Positions 59,301 through 64,000 of a stretch of DNA of 64,000 nt are shown here, one piece after another. The stretch is taken from NCBI GenBank assembly GCA_037379345.1, contig CM074518.1, positions 16,306,001-16,370,000 on the forward strand, given 5' to 3'. The notes beneath the pieces are model-generated. The model made no database searches and had not been told where the DNA came from. It worked only from the letters and a program-made list of their open reading frames with translations. The stretch comes from Perna viridis (taxonomy: Eukaryota). How positions within the stretch are numbered: the first letter of the stretch is position 1; the number at the start of each line of letters is the position of its first letter. A program made the translations under genes and the position numbers.

Positions 59301-62300
59301 ATTTCATAATTCCTCAAACACTTAATAAATCCCCGCACATGAAAGTGTCTATATCTGTATGAAAATAGATAAACATCATTGCAATTCTTAAGAAACTTTT
59401 TACTTACTTTACAAAACAAAACAAAAAAAAAACAGTTACTGTATTAAAGAAATTAAATCTTTATGACATTAAGGGGTAGGTCAATATTTTATGCAAGATT
59501 AGTTTATTATATGGTACAAAATTCTGTGTTACTGGGCATGATAAAATACAGGTTAATGGAAGATGAAAAAGAACTTTTAAATGGCCCTATTTCCGACTAT
59601 AATTACCGCATTATTTTCGCAATCCATCTACACAATAATAGTGCTTTTTCACAATTTCCTCGGCTCCACCTGAACTAAATCGTGTTCGGGGAACTTCAAA
59701 AATCAGATTAAACAATACCAAACTATTTACCAAGATATATGCATCTTACCAAATTATGTTCTCCTGCAATGTGACGGTTGCAACTGACAGAAAAGGGAAT
59801 ACTTACTCCGGAACACGTGATGTCGTTCCCTGTCTGAGTTTTCCTTTTTGTGTGGTGTCTTCATTTTCAGTTCCTTCATTGTATGTCAGTCTGATAGCTA
59901 CATTGTATAGATAGAGCGTTCCTGCTTTGGTTATGTATTTGGATTTTGAATTCCCGTGTTATCTTTTTATTTTTTATTTTCTATATTGTGTTTGTTTGTT
60001 TGTTTGGTTGTTTTGTTTTTTTGCGTAATTTCGTAATGATTAATGCAAAGGTCGGCTACTTGGTAATGTGATATAAGTAACACTGAAATGATTTTGAAGT
60101 TAAGTAGAATGATAAAACATACAGCATAATTGACCTTCCATTAAGGCCACGTCTCGTCTTGTAAACCGTTGTCATTACTAAGACCCCTATTGACAACTGT
60201 ACGTTTAGATGTGTATGGAGTCTGTATGTCAAGTGTATCAACGCATTGCTTAGTGTATTTCGAAGCGTATCGTCGCCTTGTGTAGTGTATATGAAGCGTA
60301 TCAACACCTCACCTAGTGTGTGTCAAGCGAATCGACACGTTGTGCATCTTAAGAGAAGTGTATGTCAAGGCTTATTTTTGCATTATGATTATATTATACA
60401 ACCATTTTTCTAAATAGTTAAACTTCTTATAACTGGATTATGACACCGATTATAAGTAGAATGATTCGATTGTGATCCATATTTTAGATGACAAATTAAG
60501 AGACATTGAAGTTAAAATTTTCTTATTTTTTTCGTTACGCCTTTCCTGTTTCCTCGAATATTTATTTTCCAATAACAATTCTGTCGCAGTATACAATAAT
60601 ACAACCATTGTTTACAAAACGTTTCATTTTATTTCAATTATTTTCTAAAATCTTAAATAGTTATTTAATAAATATCTACAAAAATAACATTATATACATT
60701 AGGTAAAGGTACAACTACCACCTGTATATCGAGACAACTGTATATCACATGATTGCAACTGTCGTAAAATAAAACACAAAAATATTCCTACATTCTACTG
60801 TATGATATCAGTTTATTTAAACTTAAACACTACAAATTTAAACTATAAAACTGAAAATAGATTTAAATGAAATGAAACAAATGAATAATCCTCACCGAAC
60901 TAAACTGTGTCCTTTCTGATTTGATTTAAATGTATTTATTCAAAAGCGAAAAGGATGGAGAGGTAGGCGTACCGAGTTATTTTATTCATACATATTTTAT
61001 TCAATAGTGAAAAGGATTGGAAGATAGGCTAAACCAATTCCGTAGAACAGACAGACAGGCAATGAAAATAAAAAGACAGTTTGCCATTTTTTTAGTACGA
61101 GTATTTCGACAGAGCAATATTTCGGTAAAAGATAAAATAAATGATTACATATTTATGTACGTCTTTGGAGATAAAACTGCTAAATTTTTAGGTATTCCAT
61201 ACAAAAAGAAGTGTAGAGATTATCATTAGCATCGTAATAAGCAAGGATAGTAAAAGATGTTTTCATTCTGAGAAAGAAAATTTTGAGATATGATAATCAA
61301 AAGAAAACGGAAAGAGCAACAAAATAGATATAGTAATACCAACAAACAGATGTTCTGTTGAATTAATTATTCATTGAATTTTACTTTTTCATTTGAATTT
61401 TATGATTTTTCTGACATCAAAAAGAGCAGTATCAAATAAAGTAAATATTTAAAATAACATATAGAGAAGACAGGATGTGTGAGATTACCTGTATAAAACA
61501 GTACAAAACTCCATGTATTACTGGGGATTAGAAAATACAGGCTTTATCTTATATTTAATACAACACGTTTTACACAATCCCATTTCCGTCCATTATAAAC
61601 ACTCCTTCGCCTTTTCACAATCCAAACAACGCAGAATTCGTAGCTAGAGTCATATCTGATACAACCATAGGTGTTAATCTTCAAAAATATTCCTCTCAAC
61701 ATTTTCTGCGAGGTTTTGTTTTTGTGACATGACATATGTTTGGCAACACACCTCATTTGAACTTCCATCCAATTTTACTACCAAAATTTATCGTGCATTT
61801 TCTACCCTGAAAGATTACACGCAAAGTTCCTCTATTACAATATTTGTAATGGTCTTTATCATAGCTTTGGGATAAATTGTTTTGATAAGAATTAAACTAA
61901 TTTCTTGTGATTTTAGACCGAAAATTCAAATATGACGGAATAATATTCCAAATGAGGCTATATCTCCCATTTTGACACAGGCACATAAGCGGACCTTGTT
62001 ATATTTCATATGAAATAACACAACTATTTTCTGATAATTAGTATCGGTTAGTTTTACAACATCATTTTTATAGTTTTGTTTTTCTTACTTTGCAGGTCAA
62101 CACAAACGGGATTATATCATTTAACGGCCCCATGAAAGTTTATTCCCCAAAGCCATTTCCTTTCAGTGACAACATAGAATTAATAGCTCCATACTGGGCT
62201 GATGTTGACACGGACCTGGGAGGAGATATTTGGTATAGAGAATCTGTAAACACTACTTTGTTAAAAGTTTCTTCCTACGAAGTGAAAAAACAGTTTCCAG

Positions 62301-62389
62301 AACTGTATAAATTTCAAGCATCTTGGCTGTTCATTGCCACTTGGGCTGATGTTCCTTATTATGGAGCAAATTCAAATGGTACAACAAAG
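56301..62389 (+). CDS. Secreted NIDO-domain protein (SNED1/alpha-tectorin/nidogen-like), first two coding exons; gene continues beyond the window
   Basis: Exon 56301 (or Met at 56340) to 56531 has a signal peptide plus ELYPFGPEHGD..LDDES..FPFFNKQHDFLI, then GTAAGT. Exon 62096-62389 reads VNTNGIISF..IAPYWADVDT..GGDIWYRE..FQASWLFIATWADVPYYG, then GTAATA. The phase-0 join is consistent. Confidence 0.88.
57290..57835 (+). repeat. Interspersed repeat homologous to the 3' region of the 51725-52662 element
   Basis: Shared blocks TTTAACCCCACCG, GTCCCAAGTCAGGAAT and CCAGCTGCAGC, inverted relative to 51800-52000. Confidence 0.6.
57869..60850 (+). repeat. Old tandem duplication (unit ~1.2-1.4 kb, two copies plus a partial third) in NIDO gene intron
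   Basis: 57869-59046 aligns blockwise with 59302-60222 (e.g. TTTAAATGGCCCTATTT, CGGCTCCACCTGAACTAA, CAGTCTGATAGCTACATTGT, ACCTTCCATTAAGGCCACGTC). 57980-58200 aligns with 60707-60850. Confidence 0.85.
60224..60345. repeat. Degenerate ~31-bp minisatellite
   Basis: AAG(C/T)GTATC..C...TAGTGT units, about 4 copies. Confidence 0.6.
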
Positions 62390-62960
62390 GTAATATATTT
62401 GTGCTTGATAATTTTACGATACAAAGAAGACAAAAATTAACAAAACAAAGACAACCTAAAACATCTTGCAATCCTCACTAAAGTATATCTTCCACTTCCA
62501 ACCCAGCAATCATATGGTAAATAAAACAAACAGGAAGTTGATGTCGCGTCACACTGAAATGATTTTAAAATGTTTTTGAAATGTTTAAATAAAGCTACTG
62601 ACAAAATATCTAGAGGTAATAACAAAGAATTCCGGTGAAAACTGTAGCAAAAATACTGTGTAAGGACTGACACGATGACCAAAGCAGTGGGTACAAATAC
62701 GTCCGATACTAAATAATATATAATGGATAGAAAATAATCAAATGACTAATGGAGTTGTTTGTGTTTGTATGAATGTCTCTCTGTGACTCTGTTGCATACG
62801 AAAATCATATAACAAATAGTGTTAGGTCATTATTTGATTAAACATTGGCAAAGAAAAGTGCTTCTTTTGTTTTGTATTGTATTGTTTTCTAAGTATTCTA
62901 AGCATACGTACTTTGATACTGTATAACCATTTGTAATACAGATTTTTCCTGTTTTAGCTA

Positions 62961-63120
62961 GATATTGCAATTTGTTATACGGATTTCCCTGTTTTTTCAT
63001 GATATTGCCAGTTGTTATACGGATTTCCCTCTTCTACCTTGATACTGCCAGTTGTTTTACGGATTCCCCGGTTTTTACCTTGATATTGTCAGTTGTTATA
63101 AGGTATTTCTGTATTTACCC
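62961..63120. repeat. 40-bp minisatellite (4 copies)
   Basis: GATATTGCCAGTTGTTATACGGATTTCCC-type units at 62961, 63001, 63041 and 63082. Confidence 0.85.
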
Positions 63121-64000
63121 TGCCAATTGTAGTACGTTTGGTTCGTTTTTATGGATTTTGAATATAAGAGGTCACTGTTTTTCCACCAAGCACGCGATTG
63201 TATTGGATAGAGTGACGACGGGTTAGATCGTGGCCAGAATGAAATATCAGAAGCTGGATGACATTCCTATCTGCCTCTCTTACACAGTTTTATTACTAAC
63301 CTATGGAAGTCCATTCCTGTCTTTTTTATTTCATTTCTTGGAATTAAAAAAAAGTAATTTTTCATACATGTCATTACCGTAAAGACGAAAACAGTAAAAC
63401 AAGATTTGTATTAGATATTTTATTTTATACTTTTCTAAATAACTTAAGAAATATCTCACCGAAACTAAAAATCTGTAAAGGATGGCTAAATTCTATTTAA
63501 CATTTTAAGCATGATGGGACATCAGGTAAAGACATTTTGAAGTGCATTTATATTTTATACGTATTATATCTCACCAGCGTTTTCACATAACAGTGTTTTC
63601 TTTACACAAATGCGTTTCCTTTGACAAGTACAATACTGTCTGTTATTTTTTATTCATTGGGTATTTGATATTGTCGTGGTAATTGGGGTGTGTGGATCCA
63701 TTAAAAACAAAACATCACTGAAAAATTCTCTGCAGATGAGAGTCAACTTAGTTAGAAAGACTTAGAATTATACTGTAGACTCCGTACATGTGTCCTTCTC
63801 TAGCGGTCAACAGCCGGTTACCCTTTACCTTTTTTAATTAAATGATATCAATTGTTTATGAGCGCTTATTTTTATTGAGGATACATGAGTTACTTAATGG
63901 TTATTTTGGCTTTTTCCACCTTTAAACCTGTAACGGATGTCGTAAAAATGTCATTCAATAAACTCGAGATTTACCATATCAGTTCAATATTTACGTAGCA

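Overview
AT-rich, intron-rich animal genomic DNA, not prokaryotic. The repeat content and an intronless nAChR gene suggest a bivalve mollusc, possibly mussel-like (inference). Four host genes are supported. MYG1 exonuclease is on the minus strand (7 coding exons, 13413->5300, 358 aa). TM7SF3 is divergent from it on the plus strand (11 coding exons, 23838-35961, 557 aa). A non-alpha nicotinic acetylcholine receptor-like subunit has an intronless CDS (46568-47788). The first two coding exons of a secreted NIDO-domain protein (56301-56531, 62096-62389) continue beyond the window. The rest is a patchwork of transposon remnants: a Harbinger fragment, a deleted hAT with 8-bp TSD, TA-TSD MITEs, a decayed ~6-kb two-ORF LINE with two nested insertions (one IS3EU-like MITE with 6-bp TSD), a 79-bp hairpin element with 10-bp TSD, an intact non-tRNA-headed SINE-like retroposon with 12-bp TSD, Helentron/pearl-like repeats, many Penelope-like (Naiad-type) 3' fragments, and several tandem arrays. 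The best 'second look' signals are two possible structured-RNA modules: a recurrent multibranch hairpin behind Penelope-like RT ends, and a compact pseudoknot at the 5' end of the SINE. A perfect 35-bp inverted repeat overlapping a hAT terminus is also unexplained. No CRISPR, tRNA or rRNA was seen. I cannot claim a proven new system; the findings are hypotheses. All exon boundaries and alignments were read by eye.
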